A stretch of 64,000 nt of DNA from Puccinia triticina. Taxonomy: Eukaryota. The stretch is taken from NCBI GenBank assembly GCA_026914245.1, contig CP110439.1:3968001-4032000 (forward strand), given 5' to 3'. Position numbers and translations under genes: made by a program. This document shows, piece by piece, positions 24,728-37,732 of the stretch (positions are counted from its first letter, which is position 1; every line of letters starts with the position of its first letter). The notes beneath the pieces are model-generated. The model searched no databases. It was not told the DNA's origin and worked only from the letters and a program-made list of their open reading frames with translations.

Positions 24728-26732
24728 TCAAGAATAACGATGAGGTGGGTCTGGTTTATTAGGGGGGTGAAAGTATCCGTCTGAGTTGTCCTGCAAGCCG
24801 TCGATCTCGTCTTCGCCGGACGACTCGCCGCTGAGGGGGTGGTCGCGCTCCTCGGGGAGCTGCTCGTCGCCGAGGATCTCGAAGTCGTCGAACGGGTTGT
24901 CGGCGGGGAGGGCCGCTCGACCCAGTCCGGCGCGGCCGAAGAGCTGATGAGCAGGGTGCTGGTCGGCCGGGGTGGGCCGGAGGGTCTTGGTGAGCTGGCC
25001 GACCGCCGAGCGCACGCTGCCGGACTCGGAGGAGTGGCGCAGCTGATACTCGCCGATCTCCGGCTGGTGGCTGTGGATCGAGGGCGAGCGGCGCTTCTTG
25101 ATCGGGTGGGCCGCGGTGATCATCACCATGCCCACCGCCTCTTCCCGCCCGATCGCCGTCTGCTGCGCCTCGCCCTCCGGATCCGCCGTGCTCGAGTACT
25201 CCCCGATCGGCTTCGCCTTCGGCCCCGCCCCGTCCACTCGCTTCGCCGACAACATGCACACCCCAATCACTAGGACTGCCATGCATAGCCAGATCATCAG
25301 TAGGACTGTTGTCCGGTAATGTGGCAGCTCGTGGAGATAGATCAACGAGTTGATAAATCCACTGCCTGTGTATCTGAGAAAAAAAGAAAAAAAAAAAAAG
25401 AAGCCCCCCCCCCCCCCGATTGTTAAGACCAAGCCATTTTTGAAAATGATCCCTAGGGATTTGCTGGACTTACGTCGCAAACAGCACGGGTACGATGAGC
25501 GTTGAGTCGTATACCTTGAGGCCTAGAGGAAAAGAGGGGGAGGGTCAGCTGGGGCTTGTTGGAGGAGGGGAGAGGTGGATGGGATACCTCGATTGAGACA
25601 CCAAACCTGGAGGACGCCGGTGAGGATGAGGAGGATGAGGATGAGGATGGAGAGCGGATGAGCGAGGTCCTTGGGCTCGCCGCGCTGATGGTCGAGGCCG
25701 TTGGAGACGAGCTTGACGTAGCTCTTTGCGAAGATGAGGGTCTGGCCGGCGAGCAGGCCGGCACTGCAGCCCCAGAGGAGGCCGTCGAGCTTCATCATGG
25801 ACTGGTCGGCGCGGCTCAGCGACCACTTCTCGATCGCGCCTTTCAGCCCGCCCCTCAGCCTCTGCTGGACGGAGAGGGCCGGCGCGAGGAAGCCGGTGGT
25901 GCGTGCCAGGAAGCCGCTCCGCGACCGCCGCCCGCCGCCCCTCCGCAGGACCATCTCGACGTCCGTGTCCTCCTCCTCTCGGGACACCCGGCTGGCCTCG
26001 AACGTGCGCTTCTCCTCGATCACCTCGTAGCCGATGTTCGCCAGCCAGAGCACCAGGGAGGTGATCGTCTCGAGCAGGACCAGATGGGCTATCCAGGCCG
26101 GCCGCGCCCAGAGCGCTTCCAGCGTCGAGAGGGACATGTTCGCCTCCTCGTCGATCCCCGCCTGGCGGATGTTCCCAAAGCCGATCACCCCCACGACGCC
26201 CAGTATCACCACTAGCGTGCCGACCGCATCTAGCGTCGTGATCTTCGTCCCCAGCAACCATCGTGCAAATAGAAAGTTGAAGATCAAGGAGGCGGATCCG
26301 AGAGGTGCAACGTATTCTGTCAAAAATCAAGTCAGTTTCGAGCCAAACGATTGTTTCAACAACAACAAAAAAAAAAAAAAAAAAAAAAAAAAAACAGCTA
26401 CCTGAGCGCATGTACTGCAGGGCAAGCGTGCTGCCCAAGACTTGGGAGAGGATGTAGAGCGACAAGCCGAGCAGCCAGAGGGGTCTGAAGCAGGATTTCC
26501 GGGGGGCGAGGGGTGGGGCAGCCTTGGCCTGTCTATTGAGGTCGAGTTTCTGGAGATTGATGCCGAAGGCGTTGAGGATGGAGGAGGAGATGGTGATGAG
26601 GAAGCCGATGAAGAAGTAGCCGACGGTGTACGAGTTGTAGATCGGCCCGGGGTCGACGAGGATCGAGGCCGGGGATGTGGTGTTGGTGCGGTTGATCTGG
26701 GCCATCGTCTGGTTGATGGTGTGCTCGGACAT
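24728..26732 (-). CDS. NIPA/DUF803 family magnesium transporter-like membrane protein; 4 exons
   Basis: Exons 26732-26402, 26316-25588, 25522-25474, 25373-24728 via GT-AG introns; GINLQK, PLWLLGL, EYVAPLGSASLIFN, LQVWCLNRGLKVYDSTLIVP motifs; multiple TM helices. Confidence 0.9.
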
Positions 26733-27966
26733 CTGCTAGGGGGTCGTGGGGGCTGCGTCCGGTCTGCGCTCGCCGGGGTGTGATGGGGGTTGCTAGTTGC
26801 TGCTGGATGGATGGATGGATGGTGAATCGGTATCCAAGGCGTCAGAACAGATGCGTGCTGGGCGTGGCAACCATCTGTCTCCCTGTATGCTGTGTGTATG
26901 TTATACTTTCGTTGAGCTTGGGCGGTGGGGTGCCTGCCGCTCTCTCGGGGCACACCCACTTCGGCCCGGCAAGACCCGCCATAGTAAGGTCGGCGCACCG
27001 CCAGGATTCTCCGGCGGCCGTCGCGCGCCGTTCTGCAGGACAGGAGACAGCTGTCGGCATGCTCCCACATCTTCTCCAGACGGCCTGGTTTAACTGTACC
27101 GGATACCACGCTGCGGATAGCCATGGCACCAGTCTGCTTGATGCCCATGCACCTTTTTTGGTAGCCTTGCAGATGAGAACTGTCAGCAGAACAGACCAAC
27201 CCACAGCGTAACATTAATCTATCAAAACAACACAATTTGATAGCAAATTAAATATGAAGCTCAAGATCTGATCGCCAGGTCCAAACCCAGCTACACAGTT
27301 TTGACACAACTTTGAGCCAACGTTCTCATCAACGCAGTGCGAGTGTCACGAAAGCATTCTGGCCCCTCATCTCCAAATGATGACTCCAGCCTTTCTACAG
27401 TATTCTGCTGGTGACCACATCGAATCTGACTGGGCCTCAGAACGCGGTCCAAGATTGCTTGCCCTGCAGATCCTGGTGATCAGACATGCTGCTGCCACGG
27501 CTGAGACGGCTAGGCTGAGCCTCAATAATAAGAGAATGGGCCATCTTCAGCCTGGCCTTCACAACCATCCTCCTCCTTCAGCATTAAAGTGGGCCTTACC
27601 AACAACGCCCCACCCCGGTATGTACCCAGTCCGGGGGTCGGCGGAGAAGCTGGCTGGAATGAGTCTTACACCGAACATTGTTTGTGACCCCACTGGGGAA
27701 GCTGGTCAGTTCGGGATGTTCCTAATGGGCTGGTTGGATGTCGTGTTCGAGCGTTGTAGTATGGACTGTGGCTGCTTCTTTTGGATGTCCAGATGGTTTC
27801 TGCTCGCTTATTCGACACCAGCGGAGTTTCCTCCCGAATTGGGTGTGTGACGTAGTGTCATGTGACAGGGGATGTGACAGCCCAAGAACCCCAGCCATAA
27901 AGGAAGGAGGATGGTCAACAACGACCACCACCACCACCACCACCAACAACCACAACCACAGAAACG

Positions 27967-30448
27967 ATGAAGGGCTCAGCATCCCCACGAAGATCCAAGA
28001 GCCTGTCCTCACACCACCCAACCACCACCAACAGCCTGCCCTTCTCACTCCACCACCACCAGCCACCCCCACAGTCCATCCAGTCACTCGACCTACCACC
28101 CATCTCACTCCCCTCCCTCTACTCAACCCTCAACAACCATCTCAAGCTAGTCCAAGTCAGCCTCAGGCTCATCAACAACACAAAAAACCACCACCCCAGA
28201 AACAGCAACAGCAGCAGCAGCAGCAGCAGCAGCAATGCCAGCAGTAGCAGCAACAACATCAGTGGCAACAGCAACAGAACCAGCAGGAGCAACAGCAGCA
28301 GCACCCCGCCCGCCAGCCCAGAGCACCAAGACTACGACTACCTCCGACTGCTCTCCTTACTCGTCAAGCACGAAGACAGCCCCACTCTGGACTCATTTCC
28401 TGGCAGCCAGGACGACCAGCAGGCTATCGACCAGCGATTCCCACTCGTCTTCTCCTCCTCCTCCGCCCCAGAAAACACCACGCTCCCCAGCCTGACCACA
28501 TTCGTTCACCAAGTCACCCATTACATCCACCAGCTCAAGCTCGACCTCTTCTCGACCCACCAGATCATCTTCAACTCCCCCGACTCGCCCTGTCCATCCC
28601 CCACAGCCACAGCCAGCCGACCGAACATCTGCGCCTCCCTGGCCGAGCTCAGCCTCAAGCAGCCCCTCGACCGTCTGGCGGGCTGCCTGCCATCGATGCT
28701 CCCCGACCCCAACCAGCTCGTCGACCGGCTCACGCTCCACTCCCAGAAGCTGGACGAGCTGCTCTCCCAGCTCTCCTTCCTGGCCCACTATCCCGCCCGC
28801 CTGCCCTGCCTGCCCCCGATCCTCCTGCCCAACGCTCTGCTCCTCAAGTCGGGCCACCAGCGCGCACTCTCCTTCAACCAGATCACCCCCGAGATCCTCA
28901 AGGCCTTCCCCAGCCCACACAGTCTCAGACAGTACTTCGCCGACGAGTCCGACCGTCTCGCCTCGGTCCTCCCCGCCATCCCCTCCGGCCTCTCCGAGTC
29001 CCTCGGCCAGACCTCCAGCCAGATCAGCTCCGCCCTCCGCGCATGCAAGCAGGAGGCCCAGGCGGTGCTCCACGACGGCGAGCTGTTCATCCGCGAGGAG
29101 GGCGAGAAACTCAAGGGATGGGTCGACTCGGAAACCGAGAAACTCAGACTCGCGCTCCAGATGGGCGCGAGCCGCTTGCTCACCTACCACGAGCTCCCCG
29201 ACGAGTGGAAGAATAACCAGTTCATCGTCAAGGGCTACCGCTTCATCCCGCTCGACAGATGGCACCATCTCTTACTCAGCGGCGTCCAATGGCACAACGA
29301 GACCAGTTCAGTTCCTCAATCATCTCTCCTTCTCAGCATCATCACCTCCACATCATCTACTGACTCGTACTACCCTTCACTCACAGTCAACATCCACACC
29401 CACTTCTTCGGCACACTGTCGCTCTTCTACCTCTTATTCTTCCTCTGGCCCACCACCCCACACACGGCCCCCGACAGCTCGACGCTGACGGACCGGGTGA
29501 TCAGTCTGATCTTCCTCGTCTGCGCCATCAAGTGCTTGATCTGCTCCACCGCCTGGCACCTCTTCTCCGGCTGCGGCACCCTTGGCCCGTTCCGAAGACT
29601 CGCTTGTGTCGATTGTCGGTCCCCCCCCCCCCCCCCTCGTCTCCATCCCGTCTCCCCATCCCCCACACTCATCCTCTTTCTTTTCTTCCTCTCCAGATGT
29701 CGGCATTTCGGGTCTGATTGCTGCCTCAGTGATGAGCATGGAAGTAAGATCCTTTCCCTCCACACACACACACAACTCAGACTTCGAGACACGTCCGTTC
29801 TGATGTGGGTTTTTTGTACGTAGTATTATGGATTTTACTGCAGGCCGGAGCTGGCAGCCTTGTACATGTCCTTCACCGTCGCCATGGGCATCATCGGGAT
29901 GATCCTGCCCTTCCAGCCCTTCTTCGATCGCCCGGAGAGCAAGGGGATCCGGATCGTCTTCTTCGTCTCCATGGCTGGCTCGGCATTGATCCCGCAAGCA
30001 CACATGGCGTACCTTTACGGCCTGCGCGAGACCTTTAACTTTTATTGTCCGTCTTCTTCCTCTCTCTCTCATTCCTGAATCTTCCGTGTGGAAACGAGTC
30101 TCTCTGAAACCGGATATTTCGTGTTGCACTCTTTAATTGATGGGGCGAGTAGCTCCGGCATTACCGTCGGTGTTCTCGTACCTAGCCGGCCTGTTTTTCT
30201 ACGCGACCAACTGGCCCGAACGGATCCGGCCGGGCTGGGTGTTCGACACCCTGTTCCACTCGCACCAGTTCTGGCACGTGGCCATCGTCGCCGCCATCTG
30301 GCTGCACTGGCGCGCCATCGGCATCATCCACGACTCCGGCCGCCACGCCTTCTCCTGCGCCCTCCCGCCCCCCTCCAACCCCTTCGCCTCGTTCAACTAC
30401 CCGCCCGTCTCCTCTTGGCCCTCCGTGCTCTCTGGTTGGCTCTTTTGA
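27967..30448 (+). CDS. PAQR / hemolysin-III family (Izh3-like) membrane protein; 5 exons
   Basis: Exons 27967-29305, 29387-29614, 29697-29743, 29824-30046, 30153-30448. Splicing restores HNETINIHTH, STAWHLF, DYVGI, YYGFYC, WPER..PG.FD and SHQFWH motifs. Confidence 0.92.
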
Positions 30449-31399
30449 TCCCCCGTCCACCCATCGTCGTCGTCCCTCCCGCACACAAACACTCGTTTTT
30501 TTCATCAGCTCTTTTTTTATCCATTGGCCTTGGTCTCCGACAGTCACTGGAAGAAGACACAGCACTACCAAAGTGCAGTCCGATTTCTCTCGCCCTTAGA
30601 CCATCACACACACATACACACTCTCTAACTTATTTTAATGCACCGGATCGGGCCCTGCCTCGACACTCCATTCACTCGTTCCCCCTTTACATGTACCTAC
30701 CCTGCGTCTTCGCGCCCTCTCCTCCCCCCCCCCGACGCTCGTTTCCGCGCGCCCGCTCGTTCGCCCGCTCTCTCGCCTCGCACATCCCCCATTCTTCTTC
30801 CTTTCCACGCTCGACTGCTGTACACAAACTGCTATTTATTATCCCTAATTATCGTCGTCTTTCATTCGCCCCCGTCCTCCCGTCTCCCTGCTACTTCTGC
30901 TTTCGCAAGATCGGCGTGTGCTATCAACAACGTAAAACCCCACAAAAAAACAACCCATGTTTTTCTGCTTCTGCTTCTCTGTGTTTGTTATCTCTCTGTG
31001 CGCTCTCTTCTTTATTGTACTTCAGACTTATGTGGTTTCCGTCTGGCCTCCGTCCCCCGTTTTGTTTTTCTTTGTGCACACATGCATACTCACAACCCAC
31101 ATCTGCTAGATCCTCCACGAGGATAGATCTGCATAGACACATTACATATAAACATATATAGATTAGATACAAGATCTATACACTTATCAGCAATACTTTT
31201 TATCTGTGTACATATTTATATATTCTAGCGCTTCTTTACCGCATCTTTGCTCTTCAAATGAAATATAGATTATTTTATTCTTGAGGGTTCTCTTTGTGGC
31301 CTGGAAACTTGCATGGAATGAATGGATTGAAGCTTGGGCTGAGCGTGATCATGGGCTGATTTGTTGTGAAGAGCCTCTCCTTATCAAGCCTACAACAAT

Positions 31400-31590
31400 A
31401 GGGGGTTTCAAACATGGTGCAGGTCCTGTTTCAGGAACCCCCAATTGACAAAATCAGGGCACCTGCAGCACACCCACCCAATTTTACCCAAAAAACATAC
31501 AGAAATAATTTGAAAATTCATTTTGCAGGAACTTTGTTTTCCTGAATTGGGATTCCTGAACTGGTACCTGCACCATGTTTGAAACCCCCT
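31400..31590. mobile_element. MITE with AGGGGG...CCCCCT termini and AAT TSD
   Basis: 25-bp perfect TIR agggggtttcaaacatggtgcaggt / acctgcaccatgtttgaaaccccct; AAT on both flanks (a TA-TSD reading is also possible). Confidence 0.88.
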
Positions 31591-34489
31591 AATGCTTATG
31601 CATGCTAGTACGTGGAAAGTCTGTTTTGGGGATGGGGCTTTCATGGCTGATGGATGACTTGTGCCGCATCTGGGCGACCTGCACAGTTGGGGACACCGAC
31701 CCAAATGGGCTAGATTCTTGCAGGGAAGTCTTGTTCTGGGGCGCTGGATCACTTCTGGGAGTCTCCCCAATCATAACAGCAAGCCGGCTGATCAATCACT
31801 ACTTTGTGCTGGCTGTGGCAGGTCAAGTCCAGAAGCTCAACCAGGGCGCACTGTGGATGCTATTGCGTGTGGTTTTTTCCCTCTTGGTTGCATCTGAAGC
31901 AGGGGCACCGACCTCTCCCTAAAACCCACAAGGAAAAGACAAGGCAGGAGAAAAGAAAACACGAGATGCGGGGACTCTCTGGCTCAAGTGCACCCTGAGA
32001 GGAGCATGATTCTTCTAGAATTTGTTGGCATAAATTCACCGCCACCAATAAACGTCTTGTTGGGGTTTTGAGTTGGTGGGATGACTTGAGGACTCTCTCC
32101 CAATGTCCAAGCATCCACACACGGTGTGGTTGTTTCTATGGGCAGGCGTGGTAGAATGTCCACTCGGCAACAGCGCAGGCGGGAATGCACAGAGCCGCTG
32201 AGCGCAGAGTGCATTTCAGGGACATAAGCACTGAGGATGATGCCTGAAAAGCATGCTAAGAAAGCTTAGGGAAATTTGCACACAGACGGAATGAACAGAT
32301 TGCGGAACTTGGATTGGATAACCGGGCTGGAGCGGAAAGGCAGGGCTGGACTGCGGCGGACAGAAACTTGTGGACTGGTAGCAGCGGCGCGTCAGCAGGT
32401 GAGCCAGAGCAGCCAAAGTGGGTTTCACCAGCGGGTGGAGCCGGGGCGGAGGTGTTGGCAAGAGCGGGGCTAGACAGAGGGCGTGGGAGGCCAAGCATCA
32501 GAGAGGAGCAGAGCCTGAGACAATGACAAGCGGGAAAGCGGGCAGAGAAGACAGACTAGTGCGGGAAAGTGTTGGATCTGCGGGATTGGGTGGGAACAGA
32601 GATGCGCATGGAGGGAAGGAAAGGGGTGGAGGTTCATTCTCTTCTCTTTTTCCTTTCTATCATCTTACTTACTACTTATCACTGTACTTACACCTTACGG
32701 AGAAACGGGAGTAGTGAAAAGAGTTTCACGTGACCTCTACTTTGCTTATGGATTATTATTGCGGAGTGCAGAAATTTACTACTTGCGGATTGTTATGCTA
32801 TAGATCAGGCTCAATGTGGAGCGCTGAAGGCTAGCAGAAAGTAGCAGTGTGGAGTTGAGACACTGATAATCACTCAGCCTGGGCCCATATATTTTTGAAG
32901 AAGGCGGATAGGGGTCATTTTTACCCACTAACCAGCCTTTATTCTCACAAGGGATCCACTGGGAGCAGTTCTACCCCCGTTCTCAAGCTGTAACTAAACC
33001 TGAGTGATTGGGAGGCCTTCACCCTTTGGAAACATAGGCAGGCAAATTGACCAGCATCAGTTCCTCCAAGAATTATGTACAGCCATTAATTCTTGGGAGA
33101 TATGTTTGACTGATTTTGGTTAAATGGATCATTCTAAGCAAGGGATACTTGCAGTAACTGAACGGACCTGTTCTGCCGTTTCTAAGCATGGTTCTGCACG
33201 GCAAATCACTCCAATAGGCCCTGCTTTGCCATGGTGTTGATGCTCACTTCTGAACTCAAAATTTCACCATAGTGACAAAGAATCAAATCTCTCATGGACA
33301 TCATGAATTGATGACAACTCAGAAACAAATGAATCAATAGTTATAAATAATGAACTCAATATTTAATCATGACTTCCATCCTCTCTCTCCAAGCTCACAA
33401 TCAAATCATAAATTGAAAATTTATTTTACCCATCAGGATATCACAGTGAGTGGGTGAGTTCCTGTCAAGAAATGAGGGCTTCCTGGAAGTGATACAGAGC
33501 CCCAAAAGCTAGATTTCCTAGAAAAAAACATATACTTTATGGGTCTATGTCAACAACTGCAAGCTCCCAGATAATGATGTGACATGAGGTCCTCCAGTGG
33601 AGGAATTCCTTTCAATCTTGGACCCCCTTCCAGACCCAGATCTGAGCCAAAAAGTCCAGATTTTTGCAGGTAAATCCTAGATCACTTCTGGGAGGTTCCC
33701 ATATCTCAACGGGAAGTCCTCTAGGAAGAAGAATGCCTTGCCCTCCTTGAGCATAGATCCTCCATCCCAATATCATCTTCACTAACCCTGGCTCCCAAAT
33801 GGCTCCAATCCACTATCACCATCACACGCCAACAGACCACCCCTCCATTCAAATGCTTGCCTCCACAGCTTTCTATAACTGTAATCTTCAATTCTCACCA
33901 ACTCAGTTTGGGTTTCTCACCACTTCCTCTGCCTCACCTCATCAGGCAGCCCGCTCTGACTCCAGACCCTGCCCACTGGTCCACTCTATTTGCCCCTAAA
34001 GCTGTGTCCATCAGTCTTCTCCGCACAACTCTGTGCCTCTCCAAACCTCCACTGTCCACGTGATCCTTTCTCCACACTCCGCTGCGCTGTGCAAACTTAC
34101 CCACTGCACTGAATTACCCCATCCAAAAAAGAGCTGCAAGTTCTTGCCTCAAGGCAGAACAGATTCTGCAAACATTTGAAGTCAAACACTTTTTTTGTGT
34201 AATTTTATATTAATTAAGACCAAAACTCCTGGATAATATAAGCTGTCAATTTATGAGCTCTACAAATGAGTTTAACAAGTGAGATTAAGACCAGGGGTAA
34301 AAGCGTCAATGCGTAGGAGTACCTCTTTTTTCTCCTTAGCTTGCAAATAATATTTGGGATCATCAATGAAGCTCTCACTCTGAGAAATTTCTTTGAATCT
34401 TGGCATGCTAGCCCCCTCAGGCTATATTCCTCTTGCTGATACCAAAGGTGAAACTGATACTTTACACATGTTTGTGTATTGCGCAGTGT

Positions 34490-34900
34490 TGTATCAAAAT
34501 ACACATATTTTTTGTGTATCTAATATGGGGAAAATATATGTGTACTGTATCTGTTATATTGTATTTTGACATATTTAGGCCCCAATTATAAACATTTTTT
34601 TGAGATATTTTTGAAAATGAACTGAAAAGTGTTTGAAAACAAAATGGAAACAAAATGAAAACATTTTTTTTTTTCCAAAAATGGTTCAAACACACCTCCT
34701 GGGTGTATTTGAGTGCATCTGCAGTATTTTTGAAATTCAAAAGATTTCAAAAAAAAGTTCAATTTCTTTTCTGGGCAAGTTCAAAAACTTTTCAAAAATA
34801 TCTCAAAATAGTGTTTATAATTGGGGCCTTAGTTTCCATAAAATATGTGATTTTGAAAAATTGTGTATTACCAATACAGACACAATATTTGTATTGGATC
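34490..34900. repeat. AT-rich imperfect inverted repeat (old foldback/MITE relic)
   Basis: aggccccaattataaac...tgagatatttttgaaaa (about 34577-34617) pairs with ttttcaaaaatatctca...gtttataattggggcct (about 34789-34829). Confidence 0.6.
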
Positions 34901-35638
34901 TGCTTCGCCATTGTGGATACTATATTCCAAATGAAACAGGTTGTATTCAAATGGAACCAATTTATTTTTAAACAGTCTTGGATTTTGATTATTCACCCAG
35001 AAGTTTGAAACACATGATTTTGTGCTCTGTACATAATATGAGGAAAAAAACTTCTATTAAGGAATAATGTATTTACCTAAGAAATCCAGAATTTCCTCTG
35101 AGGAAGAAGATCAGTACACACCTTGTTAAAGTTTTTTGGTTGAATTACGTACACTCATGTACAACTAGTAATTTCATTGTTATTTTAACTGTGAGATCTC
35201 CCTTTCAAAGTATAGCTTTCTTGATTAGCAATCCTAATTTCAACAAGCTTTGATTGTGAATTTTGTGAATCAGAAGTATCTAAACTGCCCTTGTGTGCAA
35301 GCTCTGGTGCCTTGGTGCACTTGAGTCACTCCGATCAAGCCTGCAAAATCTCCTGTATATGAAAATCATGTACATTAAAGACAGGTTTCATTGCCATCAA
35401 GATGAGTCTCAATGGGTCCTTGGGACTTTCAACTTGAGACTCATTTAGAAGAGATAGCATTTACTGATGGGAGTACATATTTAACTTCACCTTGTATGGC
35501 AAGTTGTATGTTAGATTGGTCATGATTCATTTTAGCATCAATTTTTATTTTCTTTCAAGACCATAACAAAATCAAGTAAAACTTTTTCACTTTAAATCTT
35601 CACATTAAGACACAACCCCCTTACTTTCTTGATTCAGT

Positions 35639-37732
35639 ATGCTATATTTTCAGCTATTGTGTTGCTTGCTATTTTTTACCCATAAAATCTCAGCAATGCC
35701 TCCAATAGAGGACTGGTTGGAGCAGTTTGCAGATGAACTAGCTGAAAGCATTAAGACACCCTCACATGAAAGCAGCTATCAGTCTCACCTCTATGAGGAG
35801 AAAAATAAAATGGATCTGGGACACAATGATCATTCAAAAACATCAGAATCCACAGCAGTCTCACTAGAAGGCAACGAGTGGATGGAATTTCTGAATGAGC
35901 TGGATTCAAATATTGAAGAAGATACTTCAGCAAGTGGCAATCAATCCTGCAATACTGCTATGTATGCAGAATCAAACCAAAATAAACGGAAAAGAAATGA
36001 TAATTTGGATGTTTTTAAGTCCAAATCAATGAATCAAAACCTTGATGAACAGATGCCAGAACTTCACTCCATGTATCCTCCGGCATCTGGCAGTATGAAC
36101 AAAGATTGGATACAAACAGATGAGATGCAACAAGCTAAGCGGCAATGTAATCAGCCAAGTAAAGATAAGGACCATCAAATTCCCCATGCTTATTCAGAGG
36201 TTAGGTTTTGGAGGGATGTTCAAATTCATTTTGCGGATGAACTTAATCATGAAGCCTTTGATGAAATGTTAAATCTAGATTTACCAGAGAAACATGTATC
36301 CAGGATAACTGAAGTTGGCCCACCAACATGGAAATTTAGCACTAGAATGAACAACCTTCAAGAAACTACTCATTCTCAAATAGCTGGGCAGTATCTGAAC
36401 TTTTACAGTAGAAGCATTTGGATGATCAATCATGGTATTAAAAAATCATCATTAAGTAATCTGATTATAGAAAAGGAAATTGGCAAGTGGAAATTCAGGA
36501 TTATTCAACTTTCCAATGCTAATTCAGAAACTCTCATGTCGCTGCTAATAGCTCCCTTGAATTCAGAAGGGGAATGCTATGATACCAATACAATAATAAG
36601 ATCTGTAAAGAATTCACAGAAATGGCTGACCTTCATCCACAAAATCCTCTGGAAGTATTTCAAGGGGAATAAATTTGAAGTCCAAGACCGTCAAAAAATG
36701 ATTCTTTGGCATTTTGGAGAATTTTTTAATCCTCAAAACTCTCTTCCTGTGATGGGGAGGACCAAGATCACAAGCTTGGATGAAATGAAACTTGGTCCTG
36801 TCCAGGTTTCAATGATGAATCTGCTTGAAGATCCAGAATGCTTGATTGATATGTCAATCAACATTGTAGGAATGTGGTTTAAGAACACCTACAAGAGTGA
36901 ATGGGATAATAAATTCAAGAAGGATGATTACTTTTGGGCCAGGATTTCCATTTTACTCACAAGAGAAATTTCTGAAGACAGTTTCTTGGATTTCATAGTT
37001 GGAAAATTTAAACTTGGAATACGTAATCGGATTGGTCAATTTGTCCAGGGAGAAGTGGGTAGCACCTATTCTTATCAAACAGAAGAGATTGAACAAATCA
37101 AGAAATCAATATTATCAAGAGTTTTTGATACATTCAATTTTTGTGAGGAACAGGTTGTCTGGAATATTCATGAAATTACCTCCCAGCCAAGCATGGCCAT
37201 TGTGAACTACCAATCTCATGATGACATCTTTGTTATCCATCCATTATACAACCAAATCAATAGGATCAAACCTCTTTTCCTTTTCAAAAGAAAACTTAGC
37301 ACATTTATCAGCTACATACAGCTCTGGTCAGATGGCATATTTTCACATTTCAATAAAACCCTAATGAATGAATCTGAGGGAATCTCCCAATTGAATTTAC
37401 TGGTTTGGTTTTCTGGGAAGTTGCTTGATACAAGTAAAGAACAAATGTTTCCTGTGATTGGAAGAATGCTCAGATCAGATTTTGATGAATGCAGTCAGAT
37501 GGAATTGTGGGATGAGGCACAAAGTTTAATTGCAAGTGTCATGATGATTGACGAAGATTACATACAGTTTGGGAACTATGCCATTGCACTTGTGGGATAT
37601 TGGCTGAAGAACGAAAAGCCAACTTTTTGGAAGAAACACTTCAAAGATGATCAAGAATTTTCTGATTTTATTGTCAAGAAAATCCTCGTGGCTTCCAACT
37701 CAAAAAAAGCAAAGATAGCGGGGGAGAAATAA
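35639..37732 (+). CDS. 697-aa single-exon secreted protein, candidate rust effector family, two internal helical repeats
   Basis: Uninterrupted AT-rich ORF; N-terminal hydrophobic signal MLYFQLLCCLLFFTHKISA|MPP; repeated module W..F....LPV.GR...Q...A(S)I.(L/I)VG.W(F/L)K...W...FKDD. Confidence 0.8.
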   Translation: MLYFQLLCCLLFFTHKISAMPPIEDWLEQFADELAESIKTPSHESSYQSHLYEEKNKMDLGHNDHSKTSESTAVSLEGNEWMEFLNELDSNIEEDTSASGNQSCNTAMYAESNQNKRKRNDNLDVFKSKSMNQNLDEQMPELHSMYPPASGSMNKDWIQTDEMQQAKRQCNQPSKDKDHQIPHAYSEVRFWRDVQIHFADELNHEAFDEMLNLDLPEKHVSRITEVGPPTWKFSTRMNNLQETTHSQIAGQYLNFYSRSIWMINHGIKKSSLSNLIIEKEIGKWKFRIIQLSNANSETLMSLLIAPLNSEGECYDTNTIIRSVKNSQKWLTFIHKILWKYFKGNKFEVQDRQKMILWHFGEFFNPQNSLPVMGRTKITSLDEMKLGPVQVSMMNLLEDPECLIDMSINIVGMWFKNTYKSEWDNKFKKDDYFWARISILLTREISEDSFLDFIVGKFKLGIRNRIGQFVQGEVGSTYSYQTEEIEQIKKSILSRVFDTFNFCEEQVVWNIHEITSQPSMAIVNYQSHDDIFVIHPLYNQINRIKPLFLFKRKLSTFISYIQLWSDGIFSHFNKTLMNESEGISQLNLLVWFSGKLLDTSKEQMFPVIGRMLRSDFDECSQMELWDEAQSLIASVMMIDEDYIQFGNYAIALVGYWLKNEKPTFWKKHFKDDQEFSDFIVKKILVASNSKKAKIAGEK

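Noticed and set aside
31600..34200. Short ORFs and possible TE debris between PAQR and the secreted protein
   Set aside because: No consistent frame, motif or termini could be established.
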